DNA from: Candidatus Woesebacteria bacterium
GTDB lineage: Bacteria > Patescibacteriota > Microgenomatia > UBA8517
Direction: 5' to 3'
DNA length: 64,000 nt
NCBI GenBank assembly: GCA_016432365.1
Contig: CP066686.1
Coordinates: forward strand, 474,906-538,905
A program made the translations under genes and the position numbers. Every line of letters begins with the position of its first letter. Within the stretch, counting starts at the first letter, position 1. Positions 47,548-57,388 of this stretch are shown piece by piece. Below the pieces are notes generated by a model that worked only from the letters and a program-made list of their open reading frames with translations, made no database searches and was not told where the DNA came from.

Positions 47548-49395
47548 ATGTGCGGAATAGTCGGGTATGTGGGTGACGTAAATCATGAAAAGATCGATAA
47601 AATGCTTCAAAAAACCAGGCATCGTGGGCCGGATGACAGCGGAATATTTATAAGAGGGAATGTGGGTTTGGGTAGCAACAGATTGGCAATAATTGATCTT
47701 TCGGCAAAAGGCCACCAGCCAATGTTTGACGACAAAAAAAGTATTTGTATCGTCTATAACGGTGAAATATACAATTTCATGGATATAAGACGGAAACTCG
47801 AGAAGCAATATAAATTCAGAAGCAACTCTGATACCGAGGTAATAATTTATGCATATAAAAAATGGGGAATCAATTGTTTAAGGTACCTAAACGGAATGTT
47901 TGCGTTTGTAATTTATGATATGAGGAACAACTTACTTTTCGGAGCAAGAGATAGACGGGGTGAGAAACCTCTAAAATATTTTTTTGACGGAAAAACTTTC
48001 ATTTTTTCGTCAGAGATAAAGGGAATACTGTCTGTACTTAAAGAAAAACCTGAAATGGATATCGAGGCAATAAGCGATTATCTAACGCTTCAATATGTCC
48101 CCGCGCCCAAAACCGGATTCCGAAATATCTACAAGTTGCCATCCGCAAGTTATTTTATGTTTAAAGAAGGGAAATTAAAAATTAATAAATACTGGAATTT
48201 GGATTTTTCTAAAAAACTTAATCTGAGCGAAGATGAGTGGGTTGAGATGTTAGAAGAAAAAGTTAACAAATCAGTTAAGGACCGGATGGTGTCGGACGTT
48301 CCAATAGGGGCATTTCTAAGTGGTGGTGTAGATTCGAGTGCAACAACTGCATTTATGGCAATGAACTCCTCAAAACGCATTAAGACTTTCAGTATAGGAT
48401 TTACAGACCCGAAATTTGATGAAACCAAATATTCAAAACAGATAGCGGATCTCTATTGTACAGACCATTCATATATTAAGATCAACTCTAAGATATTCAA
48501 AGAAGAGCTTCCTAATATTTCAGATTATTACGATGAGCCCTTTGCCGACAACTCTTTGATTCCAACACTTTTCCTATCAAGATTTGCAAGAAAGGGTGTT
48601 ACTGTGGCTTTAAGTGGTGATGGCGGGGATGAGAATTTTGCTGGTTATGATAGATATAACGTTGTTGCATTCGGCGCATATTATCGTTTAATACCCAAAA
48701 TACTAAGAAGTCACTTGGTCAGTCCGGTTGTAGATACACTTTTTAATCTATCTCCGAATCTGTTAAATGCAAGATTAAAGATATTTTCAAACACTTTCGA
48801 GGAGCCTTTTTATAAGAGGTATTTGCATTATAAGAGTTTTTTTGACAAAAAAGATAAAGAATATATTCTTTCTAAACCGGGTCACGATACATTTTTGATT
48901 GACAGAGACCAATTCGATAGTAAATTATCCGATGTCGATAACGCTCTAAAAGCGGATATAAATTCGTATTTACCTGAGGACCTGCTTTACAAAATGGACA
49001 TAGCTTCTATGAGCGCGAGTCTGGAAGTAAGGGCACCACTTTTGGATTATGAATTAATGGAGTTAACTGCAAAGATGCCATCGAACCTGAAAATCAAAAA
49101 TTTTAATAAAAAATATATTTTTAAAAAGATGCTTATTGAAAAAAATATAGTGCCGGAAAATATCGTCAACCGTCCCAAAAGAGGGTTCAACGCTCCAATC
49201 GGTGATTGGTTAAGGAAGGATCTAAAAGAATATACACTAAGCCAATTAAACTCGAAAAAGTTTAGACAAACTGATTTGTTTGACGACGACAAACTTGATA
49301 GCTACACAGATAAATATTTTTCAAGTGATTTGGGTTACCATAACAATATTTTTGCACTTCTAACTTTGTCTAATTGGATTGATAAATTTTTTTAA
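47548..49395 (+). CDS. asnB: Asparagine synthase (glutamine-hydrolysing) homolog; in this context likely a sugar/uronate amidotransferase
   Basis: ATG at 47548 with AAGGAGG RBS. N-terminal MCGIVGY (Ntn Cys2). SGGVDSS PP-loop. 615 aa. Confidence 0.85.
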   Translation: MCGIVGYVGDVNHEKIDKMLQKTRHRGPDDSGIFIRGNVGLGSNRLAIIDLSAKGHQPMFDDKKSICIVYNGEIYNFMDIRRKLEKQYKFRSNSDTEVIIYAYKKWGINCLRYLNGMFAFVIYDMRNNLLFGARDRRGEKPLKYFFDGKTFIFSSEIKGILSVLKEKPEMDIEAISDYLTLQYVPAPKTGFRNIYKLPSASYFMFKEGKLKINKYWNLDFSKKLNLSEDEWVEMLEEKVNKSVKDRMVSDVPIGAFLSGGVDSSATTAFMAMNSSKRIKTFSIGFTDPKFDETKYSKQIADLYCTDHSYIKINSKIFKEELPNISDYYDEPFADNSLIPTLFLSRFARKGVTVALSGDGGDENFAGYDRYNVVAFGAYYRLIPKILRSHLVSPVVDTLFNLSPNLLNARLKIFSNTFEEPFYKRYLHYKSFFDKKDKEYILSKPGHDTFLIDRDQFDSKLSDVDNALKADINSYLPEDLLYKMDIASMSASLEVRAPLLDYELMELTAKMPSNLKIKNFNKKYIFKKMLIEKNIVPENIVNRPKRGFNAPIGDWLRKDLKEYTLSQLNSKKFRQTDLFDDDKLDSYTDKYFSSDLGYHNNIFALLTLSNWIDKFF

Positions 49396-49397
49396 AT

Positions 49398-50531
49398 ATG
49401 AAAAATATTGCAATTGTTGCGCATAAGCACCTACCCCAACCGGACGATGATTTAGTATATTTTTTGCACAAAAGGAACGGTTACAACATCTTCCATATTA
49501 AACATAGTTTCTCAGATACAAAAGACAGAAAGAGCGTTCTTGATCTATATCCAAATTGGAGAAAAATCAAAAGAGAGAAGTCTTTGGACTACGCTTTTCT
49601 TCCTGAGTTGCTTATTTATTTTAAGGAGTTCTTTTTTACGGCAAAGTGGCTTTTATCAGCAAAAAGAAAAATCGATCTGTTTATTGGAATGGATGGCCTT
49701 TGTGCGCTTTTTGGAATATTATTAAGAGCGTTTGGAGTTTGTAAAAAAGTGGTGTATTGGAACATGGATTTTGTCCCTTTTAGCCGATTCGACAGTGAAT
49801 GGAAGAACTCAATTTACCATCGAATTAATATTTTCGCTTGTAAAAACTCCGACGAAGTTTGGGATCTTTCACCAAAAATGATTGAGGGTAGGAAAAAATT
49901 TTTTAAAGTTAATGAGCGTGATTATAGGTTCCACAGAGTTGTTTCGTATGGGGTTTGGACGGATCGTATTAAAAGGGTGTCATATAGATCATGTCAAAAA
50001 AATACATTAGTATTTATGGGTCATTTACTGGCGAAACAAGGGGTAGATATAGTTATCAAAAAAATACCCGAAATAGTAAAAAAGAATCCAAATTTTATAT
50101 TTAAAATAATCGGAGACGGAAATTATAAGGACGAACTTGTAAAATTGGCCAACGAACTTACGGTAAGTAGGTATTGTAAATTTCTTGGCAGAATCGATAC
50201 TCTTGAGCTGGAAAAAGAAGTTGCAAAGTCGGCTGTGGCTATTGCTCCTTATCTAAAAACAAAGGACTCATACACTCGTTACTCAGACCCGGGGAAAGTA
50301 AAGACATATTTGGCTTGTGGAGTTCCTATTCTTTTGACGGATTTACCGTGGAATGCCAAGGATATCGAAAAGAACGGATGTGGATTGATTATTAACGATG
50401 ATGGAACCGATTTGATTGAGAAACTATTAAGAATAATGAACCCCAAAGTTAATATGGAGTTTAGGAAGAATGCCATTAAATATTCTGAAAAATACAATTA
50501 TGAAAAAATATTTGAATCCTTAAAATTATAA
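49398..50531 (+). CDS. GT4-family glycosyltransferase, 377 aa
   Basis: ATG at 49398. GT-B-like C-terminal ...KTYLACGVPILLTD... Confidence 0.65.
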   Translation: MKNIAIVAHKHLPQPDDDLVYFLHKRNGYNIFHIKHSFSDTKDRKSVLDLYPNWRKIKREKSLDYAFLPELLIYFKEFFFTAKWLLSAKRKIDLFIGMDGLCALFGILLRAFGVCKKVVYWNMDFVPFSRFDSEWKNSIYHRINIFACKNSDEVWDLSPKMIEGRKKFFKVNERDYRFHRVVSYGVWTDRIKRVSYRSCQKNTLVFMGHLLAKQGVDIVIKKIPEIVKKNPNFIFKIIGDGNYKDELVKLANELTVSRYCKFLGRIDTLELEKEVAKSAVAIAPYLKTKDSYTRYSDPGKVKTYLACGVPILLTDLPWNAKDIEKNGCGLIINDDGTDLIEKLLRIMNPKVNMEFRKNAIKYSEKYNYEKIFESLKL

Positions 50532-50533
50532 AC

Positions 50534-51481
50534 ATGTTGAAAAAATGGACAAAGTATCTATGTGACCCAGTCGATAAATCGCCTCTGAAGATAGTTAAAA
50601 TAATTGAGAAAAAAGGGAACGATGTTATTGCCGGTACGTTAAAAAGCAAATCCGGGAGAATCTATCAGATAAAAGATGGAATACCCATTTTACTTAATCG
50701 ATATACACAGTCAGTCAAGAGTGTTGCTAGTTTTGCATATGAGTGGGACGAATTTGATTTTGATTACGGCAAAAAAAGTTGGTTGACGGATATTGTAAAA
50801 CCGACACTTGGTAGCACTAAATTTTTTAAAAACAAAACAATTATTGATTGTGGTTCCGGTTCAGGCAGGCAAAGCTTATGGATGAGTCAAGCAGGGGCAA
50901 AACTTATTTTTTCACTGGAGCTTTCAAATGCTTCCAGGACCACAACCAAAAGGGTTGCCGAAATGTCAAATGGAAAAGTTTTTGTTATTCAGTGTGACAT
51001 TTCCAACCCACCCGTTAATGTTAGAACGGTGAAGGTGGATTTGATCTATTGCGTAAACGTGATCCAGCATACAAAAAACGTTAATCGGGCGGTGATGAGT
51101 ATTTCAAAACTGATGAACAAAAGTACTGATTTTATTTTTAACATATATTTAGTGAATGGGAGAGAAAAATTTTTAAAGTTTTTGGGTATTGTAAGAATAG
51201 TTACAAAATTGATTCCACACGCCCTACTCAAGTATTTGTCATTTGTACTTGCGGTATTTTCTTTTCTTTTATCAAATGTACCCCCGATGGGAAATTGGCT
51301 TAAGAAATCCCTTCCTCTTAAACACGGATTCAAAGAAACCTGGTTAGATATTTATGATATTTTGGGTTCTCATGAATATCAAAAATTTTATTCAGAAAAA
51401 GAACTTCTGGAAATATTGGATTATTCGAAACTTGATATTAAGAAACGATCGAGATATGCAATGATGTTAAATAAGAGATAA
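50534..51481 (+). CDS. SAM-dependent methyltransferase with N-terminal Trm112-like mini-domain, 315 aa
   Basis: ATG at 50534. N-terminus YLCDPVDKSPLKIV...YQIKDGIPILL (Trm112-like). Motif I IIDCGSGSGRQSLWM. Confidence 0.6.
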   Translation: MLKKWTKYLCDPVDKSPLKIVKIIEKKGNDVIAGTLKSKSGRIYQIKDGIPILLNRYTQSVKSVASFAYEWDEFDFDYGKKSWLTDIVKPTLGSTKFFKNKTIIDCGSGSGRQSLWMSQAGAKLIFSLELSNASRTTTKRVAEMSNGKVFVIQCDISNPPVNVRTVKVDLIYCVNVIQHTKNVNRAVMSISKLMNKSTDFIFNIYLVNGREKFLKFLGIVRIVTKLIPHALLKYLSFVLAVFSFLLSNVPPMGNWLKKSLPLKHGFKETWLDIYDILGSHEYQKFYSEKELLEILDYSKLDIKKRSRYAMMLNKR

Positions 51482-51490
51482 AATGTCAAA

Positions 51491-52216
51491 ATGAGTATTA
51501 AAAATATAACATTTTTTTTGTTTCCGTATCTTCTTAACGAACAAATGAGAGTTGAGTGGGTTAAAAGGCAATTATTGAAGATACAGAGAGGTGCAAGTAT
51601 CCTAGATGTTGGGGCCGGTGAAATGAGGTACAGAAAATTTTGCTTACATTTAAAATACAAAAGTCAGGATTTTAACGAATATACAGGTAAGGGGGATGGT
51701 ATCGGATTGCAAACTGGAAGTTGGGATACTTCTAAGATTGATATTGTTTCCGATATTGTTAAGATTCCAGTCAAAAATTCTTCATTCGATAATATTTTGT
51801 GCACTGAAGTACTAGAACACGTTCCCCATCCGGATATGGCGATAAAGGAAATATCGAGGATTTTGAGGAAAAGAGGAAGGTTAATCCTAACTGCCCCATT
51901 TGCTTCTCAGACACACTATTCTCCTTATTTTTTTTCAACCGGATTTAGCATTAATTGGTATAAGAAGGTTTTGGGCGAAAATAATTTTAGGGTATTGAAA
52001 ATAGAAGCAAATGGAAACTTTTTTGATTATTTAAATCAGGAGCTATGCAGATTTCCCGTTATGATAAGAAAATACAGTAGTTTAGGATGGTTGTCACTTT
52101 TGTTGTATGTTTTGGTTGTTCCGTTGGTTTTTATTATATGGATTGTATCTAAAATTTCTGCCAAATCTGAGAAACAGCTTTGTTTCGGGTATCATGTAGT
52201 TGCCGTAAAAGTTTAG
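51491..52216 (+). CDS. Class I SAM-dependent methyltransferase, 241 aa
   Basis: ATG at 51491. Motif I ILDVGAGEMRY. NILCTEVLEHV. LRKRGRLIL. Confidence 0.7.
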   Translation: MSIKNITFFLFPYLLNEQMRVEWVKRQLLKIQRGASILDVGAGEMRYRKFCLHLKYKSQDFNEYTGKGDGIGLQTGSWDTSKIDIVSDIVKIPVKNSSFDNILCTEVLEHVPHPDMAIKEISRILRKRGRLILTAPFASQTHYSPYFFSTGFSINWYKKVLGENNFRVLKIEANGNFFDYLNQELCRFPVMIRKYSSLGWLSLLLYVLVVPLVFIIWIVSKISAKSEKQLCFGYHVVAVKV

Positions 52217-53007
52217 ACCTGCTGTTTGCGTGTAAAAGACTCCCAAACGAATGGGTAAGAGAAGAGTGTCCGGTGGGTTTTGTGAAGCCCTTTTATTATA
52301 CTTAACCGTCTCGCTTCGCAGTTGGGAACGACTCTATGGAATTGTATTTGAATGTTTTTGATGCGTTTGATGACCCCGGAGTCAATAATTCGCTCAACGA
52401 CATCATATTCCGACCCCTCGATATTTATCGAGATTAAATCAATAGCACTATATTTTTTTAAAGCGATTGCCGCGTCGAGAAATCGTACTTTTTCCATTTC
52501 TCCACTTTTGCTGTAAATTGAGGTGCCGTCACCTGAGAGTCTTACCTTGGTTAGGGTGTTTTTATTTGACAGACCCCAATTCAAAACACTCACTGAGTTC
52601 TTTGTCCGGTATCTTCTTTTTAGATTTAAAAAAAATTTTTTCACCGGTTCATAAATCACGATTTTGGGATTATATAAGGTAATTATTTGGTCTGAGAACT
52701 TACCTTCGTATCCACCAATATCTAATACTAAGCTTTTGGAAGAAAGCGGGTACTTGGTATATAGTGTTTCATCACCATGGTCGATAATCCATTTTGAATA
52801 ATAATATTCTCTGTTTTTTATTTTAAATGTAGCCAAAGTAACATTAATTATTTTATAGAAAGCCCATTTGGCTTTTTTATAAACATTACTTTGTTTGATG
52901 TAATACTGCATATCGTTTGTTGGCGTTTGCTGTAGATGGAATACGAAATAATTGTATAATAATACCGCATTATCAAATAAAAATATGCATTGGGTTTTAG
53001 TGGACAC
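52213..53007 (-). CDS. FkbM-family methyltransferase, 264 aa (GTG start; true start may be the internal ATG near 52911)
   Basis: Plus-strand CAC at 53005..53007 (GTG). Motif VLDIGGYEGKFS...LISINIEGSEYDV is characteristic of the FkbM family. Confidence 0.6.
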   Translation of the reverse strand: MSTKTQCIFLFDNAVLLYNYFVFHLQQTPTNDMQYYIKQSNVYKKAKWAFYKIINVTLATFKIKNREYYYSKWIIDHGDETLYTKYPLSSKSLVLDIGGYEGKFSDQIITLYNPKIVIYEPVKKFFLNLKRRYRTKNSVSVLNWGLSNKNTLTKVRLSGDGTSIYSKSGEMEKVRFLDAAIALKKYSAIDLISINIEGSEYDVVERIIDSGVIKRIKNIQIQFHRVVPNCEARRLSIIKGLHKTHRTLFSYPFVWESFTRKQQV

Positions 53008-53021
53008 GTTAGCAATTAAAT

Positions 53022-54647
53022 ATGATTAAAAACTGGAAAATAGTTTTGTACTGTCTGATTATAGTTGTGGCAATACTAGCTGTTTACATGCCGGTTACTA
53101 GGCTTTTTTTCCAACAAGATGAATGGTTGGGTTATGGACTTTCCTTGGTTAAAGGACGTGGAATGATATTGCAAAGTACGGGTGGGGTGTGGGGAATAAT
53201 TCTTGGTCAAGGAAGAATATTCACAAATGTCTTACTGTATTTATTTCACAATTTTTTCCCTAGAAACATTCTTCCGGTAGCGGTGTTTGCAATCTCACTT
53301 CACATCACAAACAGTTTGCTTGTTTTTTATTTGACCGGGAAATTATTTAAGAGCTCGCTTATGGCCTTCTTTGCAGGTCTGTTTTTTGCAGTAAATAGTG
53401 TTTCTCAGAATGCAGTTACCTGGATGGCTGCCTCGGTAAATACACTACCTTCGACAGCTTTGATTTTGATTTCCCTTGTCTTCTATTTTAAGTATTTGGA
53501 AAGCGATAAACCAAAATGGTTAATTACCACTTTTGCCTTGGTCTACCTCTCCCTCTTTTTTAAAGAAACAGGTATATTTTTACTCTTATTTTTACCTGTT
53601 TCTACTTTAATTTTTAAAAAGTATTCCCTGAAAAAATTTATTTATACGTACTGGTACTTCTTTTTATCTTCGCTGACAATTGTAGTTTTTCGTTTGCTAC
53701 AGTTTAAATTGACACCCAATCCGGACGCATTATTCTTGACCGGGGCGACATCCAATTATTGGGCGGTGTTATTAACCAGGGTGCTATTTTACCCGCTTAC
53801 ATCTTTTTCGTTGGTTTTTGTACCTTCCGAACCCTTTTTATGGTTTGCCAGATTATTTACCTTGGCGTATTACCCGTTCCCATCGTCGCCGACGACTATT
53901 TTGATTGCACAGACTGCTGTATTAGATTTATTGGCGGTTTGTTTAAGTGGAATTATTCTGATCTTGATAGGCTTTTTCATAAAGCTTTCTTCAAGTCTGG
54001 AAAAAAAACATATAAGCTTTTTCTGTATATTTTTACTTGTTAATTATTTGCCTTTTACTGTGGTGTCCAAGAGTTTTTCATATCTGGAGTCCAGGTATTA
54101 TTATTTATCCTCGGTTGCGGCAGGCGTAATACTTGCCTGGCTTTTATTTAGTGTTTATAGAAAAATAAAAATTTTTTATATTAAACCTGTCATAATTCTT
54201 TTTTTTCTACTATTTATGGCGTGGCATGTAAAGTATATTAACGACGGTTTAAAAAGAGACGTAGAGACGGCATCAGAACGAAAGAATTTTATATATCAAC
54301 TCATGACTTCAGTCCCAAGTCTCGACCAAAACATAAATGTATTTTACTTTAACTCCGATTCTGACTATTACATTGCAGGAAATAAAGTTCCTTTCCAGGA
54401 GGGAATGGGATATACGCTAATGACTTTATATTACAACGGTGGAAAAATCCCTGCTGATTTGTTGCGAGATAGCTATTTGTTTGAAATCGGTGGTAATGGA
54501 TATTCTCAGGTTGGTAATTACGGATTTGGATATTTCACTGACAAAGAAAAATTAGAGCTTACAATAAAGGCGAATAAGTTAAATAAATCCAAAGTTTACT
54601 CGTTTTATTATAATTCTAAAACCAAAACACTTAGCATGACAGAATAG
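53022..54647 (+). CDS. Polytopic membrane protein, possible GT-C glycosyltransferase (acidic DEW loop motif), 541 aa
   Basis: ATG at 53022. ~12 TM segments. FFQQDEWLGYG in the first extracytoplasmic loop. Family unrecognised. Confidence 0.4.
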   Translation: MIKNWKIVLYCLIIVVAILAVYMPVTRLFFQQDEWLGYGLSLVKGRGMILQSTGGVWGIILGQGRIFTNVLLYLFHNFFPRNILPVAVFAISLHITNSLLVFYLTGKLFKSSLMAFFAGLFFAVNSVSQNAVTWMAASVNTLPSTALILISLVFYFKYLESDKPKWLITTFALVYLSLFFKETGIFLLLFLPVSTLIFKKYSLKKFIYTYWYFFLSSLTIVVFRLLQFKLTPNPDALFLTGATSNYWAVLLTRVLFYPLTSFSLVFVPSEPFLWFARLFTLAYYPFPSSPTTILIAQTAVLDLLAVCLSGIILILIGFFIKLSSSLEKKHISFFCIFLLVNYLPFTVVSKSFSYLESRYYYLSSVAAGVILAWLLFSVYRKIKIFYIKPVIILFFLLFMAWHVKYINDGLKRDVETASERKNFIYQLMTSVPSLDQNINVFYFNSDSDYYIAGNKVPFQEGMGYTLMTLYYNGGKIPADLLRDSYLFEIGGNGYSQVGNYGFGYFTDKEKLELTIKANKLNKSKVYSFYYNSKTKTLSMTE

Positions 54648-54716
54648 ATTTTTCTGGGATTCACTATCGCTGTCGTTGCTCCATCAAATAAACAGTTTGA
54701 TGTCAGGCGTGCATCA

Positions 54717-55943
54717 CTAATTGGTAAGGTCCATTTTGTTAAGAGCGGAACTATATGAATTTTCCCAGGTATTTTCTTTAGCAGCGGATATTGCGGCTTT
54801 TCTCATTTTTAAATATGTTTTTTTATTTGAAAAAATATTTATAATGACATTTGCCAAGTCCTTGGGGTTATCCTTTGTTATTATTCCGGCTCCTGCTTTT
54901 TCAGCCAACTTTCCGTTTGGGGGGACTTGGGTGGTGACGACCGGCAAACCACATGCCAAGGCCATTCTTATTTTTACGGCATCAGCGTACCACCGAACGG
55001 ATTCGCGTATGGCTTTGTATGGTGCAATTAAAAGCCTGTGCTTTCGGACGAGTGAGTAAAGCTCTTTATTACTTGGAACGAACCCAACAAAGTTAATACT
55101 TTTTTCGAGATTTAATTTTTTAATTAAATTTTTGAGCAACTTTTCATCTTCCGGCCTTCCGCCACCAGCAACTGTTAACGAGGCGGATGGGAACCTTCTA
55201 ATTATCTGTGGCATCATTTGAATTGCCAAGTCTGGCCCGTTTTCCAGACCTAAAGTTCCGGCGTAGATAATGCTAAAGGGTTTTGTTTTATCAAGAGGTA
55301 AGAATTTAATTTCCTTTCTAAAAAAAGCGTTGGGTGCAAGTATTTGTGGAGAGAAGTCCTTCATGTTATAGCCCAGCTTTTCCCGGGCCGCAGGCATTGC
55401 TTCCGAAACGTTCCATGTCGCGTCAGAATACCTGGCCGCCGTTTTATCAAGGAATAGGTAAAATTTATTGAACCATTTGGATTTATACCTCTTTGGAGAA
55501 AAGTCAGAAACGTAATAAACAACTTTTTTTATAAAGCCAACCTTTTTAAGAAAAATTCCCGCTATCGCGTTAACCGATTCGAAGCCTATAAATAAGTCAA
55601 TTTTTAGCTTTTGTCCGATCACCAGATCGATTACCGACAAAAAATCCCTGAGTTTAAATGAAACCTGCGTTGCCGAGACATTTTGAGCAGCAAGAAGTGG
55701 TGAGAGAGCTGAAATAAGAAAAGATGAGCTTTGGACTTTTTTTAATTTACCATATTTGTATACTTCGATTCTTGGCATAAGAATGTCGGACCCCGGGTGC
55801 GGTTGGTCCAACAAGTAGACACTTTTATACCTAGTTGAAAAATATTCAACCAATGGTTCAACCATTCCGTTTGTAGGCATTCTCTTGCCGTTTTTCCATG
55901 GTGAAAAGGTGGCTATAAGTATTTGGCTGGTGTTGTTTAGCAT
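54717..55943 (-). CDS. GT4-family glycosyltransferase, 408 aa
   Basis: ATG (CAT at 55941..55943). GT-B-like ...ALACGLPVVTTQVPPNG. Confidence 0.65.
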   Translation of the reverse strand: MLNNTSQILIATFSPWKNGKRMPTNGMVEPLVEYFSTRYKSVYLLDQPHPGSDILMPRIEVYKYGKLKKVQSSSFLISALSPLLAAQNVSATQVSFKLRDFLSVIDLVIGQKLKIDLFIGFESVNAIAGIFLKKVGFIKKVVYYVSDFSPKRYKSKWFNKFYLFLDKTAARYSDATWNVSEAMPAAREKLGYNMKDFSPQILAPNAFFRKEIKFLPLDKTKPFSIIYAGTLGLENGPDLAIQMMPQIIRRFPSASLTVAGGGRPEDEKLLKNLIKKLNLEKSINFVGFVPSNKELYSLVRKHRLLIAPYKAIRESVRWYADAVKIRMALACGLPVVTTQVPPNGKLAEKAGAGIITKDNPKDLANVIINIFSNKKTYLKMRKAAISAAKENTWENSYSSALNKMDLTN

Positions 55944-55974
55944 ATTTAAATTGACTTTAATATGATATATACTC

Positions 55975-56063
55975 CTCTTACTTGAGTTTGCAACTCTTCG
56001 TAAGAGATTATATACCCGAAAATTCTCGTTTGCCTATACAAACTCGAGTTTCTTGGGTATAGG
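55975..56063 (+). promoter_or_regulatory. Divergent intergenic region with nested palindromes and a perfect TATAAT on the minus strand
   Basis: CTCTTAC..GAGTT-TGC-AACTC..GTAAGAG at 55975..56006. CCTATAC-AAACTCGAGTTT-CTTGG-GTATAGG at 56033..56063. Minus-strand TATAAT at 56012..56007, upstream of GT4 gene 54717..55943. Confidence 0.35.
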
Positions 56064-56091
56064 ATTGCTTCTTGATAAACAAACGATCTTT

Positions 56092-57378
56092 ATGTACCAT
56101 AGCCGTGTGCTTAAAGAAAATAACATAGTGGTTTTTGGCATTGGAAGGGTTGGTTTACCCCTAGCCCTTGTTCTCGCAGACAAAGGATTTGATGTTTCGG
56201 GAATTGATGTAGACCCGGCAAGAGTTGCTTTTCTTCAGAGTAAGAAGATGCCTTTTTTAGAAGAAGGTGCAGATGAGCTGCTTCAAAAATATATAGGTAA
56301 CAAATTTAGAATTTATGCATCCGATCACATAAAAGAATCGCTATCAGAAAATAAATATATTATTCTCACCCTGGGGACTCCAATTGACGCAACCTATAGT
56401 CCTGACCATAGTCAAATCGAAAAACTTTTCTCAGAGTTAGTTCCATTTATACAAAAAGGTCACGTTATAATTTTAAGAAGCACTATTTCTCCGGGAAGCC
56501 TAAGACAGTTGGTGAGATTTGTTGAGGAGCGTACAAAATTAAAAGTTGGGAAGGACATTTATATGGCATATTGCCCGGAACGTATTGCAGAGGGCAAATC
56601 TGTAGAAGAGTTGGCCCAAATTCCTCAAATCATAGGAACAACCGAACCGGAGAGTGCTAAAGAAGCTACTAAGATCTTTTCAAAAATTACAAAAACAATT
56701 CATTATTCAAAACCAGAAGCTGCCGAACTTTCAAAACTTTTCTGTAACATGTACCGTTATATCGATTTCGCAATCGGAAACGAATTCATGATGATTGCCG
56801 AAGATTACGGATGCGATATCTATGAAGTGTTGAATCTTGTTAATAACGGATACAAACGCGCAGGACTTAAGTCACCGGGTCTTACCGCAGGTCCGTGTTT
56901 AGTTAAAGACGGATTTTTCTTAATCGATAAAAGTCCCTTTATGGAGCTTGTTATGGCATCTTGGAGACTTAATGAAAATATCCCTGGCTATCTTTTTAAG
57001 AGAGTCAAAGCCGAAGTTGGGAATGTAAACGGGAAAAAAGTTGCAATGCTGGGTTTGGCCTTTAAGAAAAACATCGATGATTCAAGATTTTCCCTGGTTC
57101 CCAAATTAGTTAAATATTTTAGTGCCGAGGGTGCCAGAGTTCTGGTTACTGACGCACTAATGTATTCAGAACCTCTTGATGAGACGTTGAAAGACGCGGA
57201 TATTGTAGTGGTGGGGACAAATCACGATGCTTATAAAGATTTGTCGTTAGACAACCTTAGCAAAGTCGTGTCAAAAGATTGTCTGGTTTGTGATATTTGG
57301 AACATGTTTGGTACGGGCAAAATTGTTTTCAGACTTCATGATTTTGCTTCGAAGTCCGGTAAGGAGTCCAAAAAATAA
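56092..57378 (+). CDS. UDP-sugar 6-dehydrogenase (UDP-glucose/GDP-mannose dehydrogenase family; UDP-ManNAc/GlcNAc dehydrogenase-like), ~428 aa
   Basis: Track ORF begins at TTG 56053. ATG at 56092 gives MYHSRVLKENNIVVFGIGRVGLPLALVLA (GxGxxG). Catalytic-Cys region LTAGPCLVKDGFF. Confidence 0.8.
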   Translation: MYHSRVLKENNIVVFGIGRVGLPLALVLADKGFDVSGIDVDPARVAFLQSKKMPFLEEGADELLQKYIGNKFRIYASDHIKESLSENKYIILTLGTPIDATYSPDHSQIEKLFSELVPFIQKGHVIILRSTISPGSLRQLVRFVEERTKLKVGKDIYMAYCPERIAEGKSVEELAQIPQIIGTTEPESAKEATKIFSKITKTIHYSKPEAAELSKLFCNMYRYIDFAIGNEFMMIAEDYGCDIYEVLNLVNNGYKRAGLKSPGLTAGPCLVKDGFFLIDKSPFMELVMASWRLNENIPGYLFKRVKAEVGNVNGKKVAMLGLAFKKNIDDSRFSLVPKLVKYFSAEGARVLVTDALMYSEPLDETLKDADIVVVGTNHDAYKDLSLDNLSKVVSKDCLVCDIWNMFGTGKIVFRLHDFASKSGKESKK

Positions 57379-57388
57379 TCGGATTTTT

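Noticed and set aside
55951-55956. TTGACT (-35-like) hexamer in the divergent region.
   Set aside because: No acceptable -10 hexamer at 16-18 bp spacing on the plus strand. Not reported as a promoter.
57379-57388. A/T-rich symmetric sequence (AAAAAATAATCGGATTTTTTT) between convergent genes 56092..57378 and 57389..58480, considered as a bidirectional terminator.
   Set aside because: The stem would be almost pure A:T with no GC clamp. Too weak to call.
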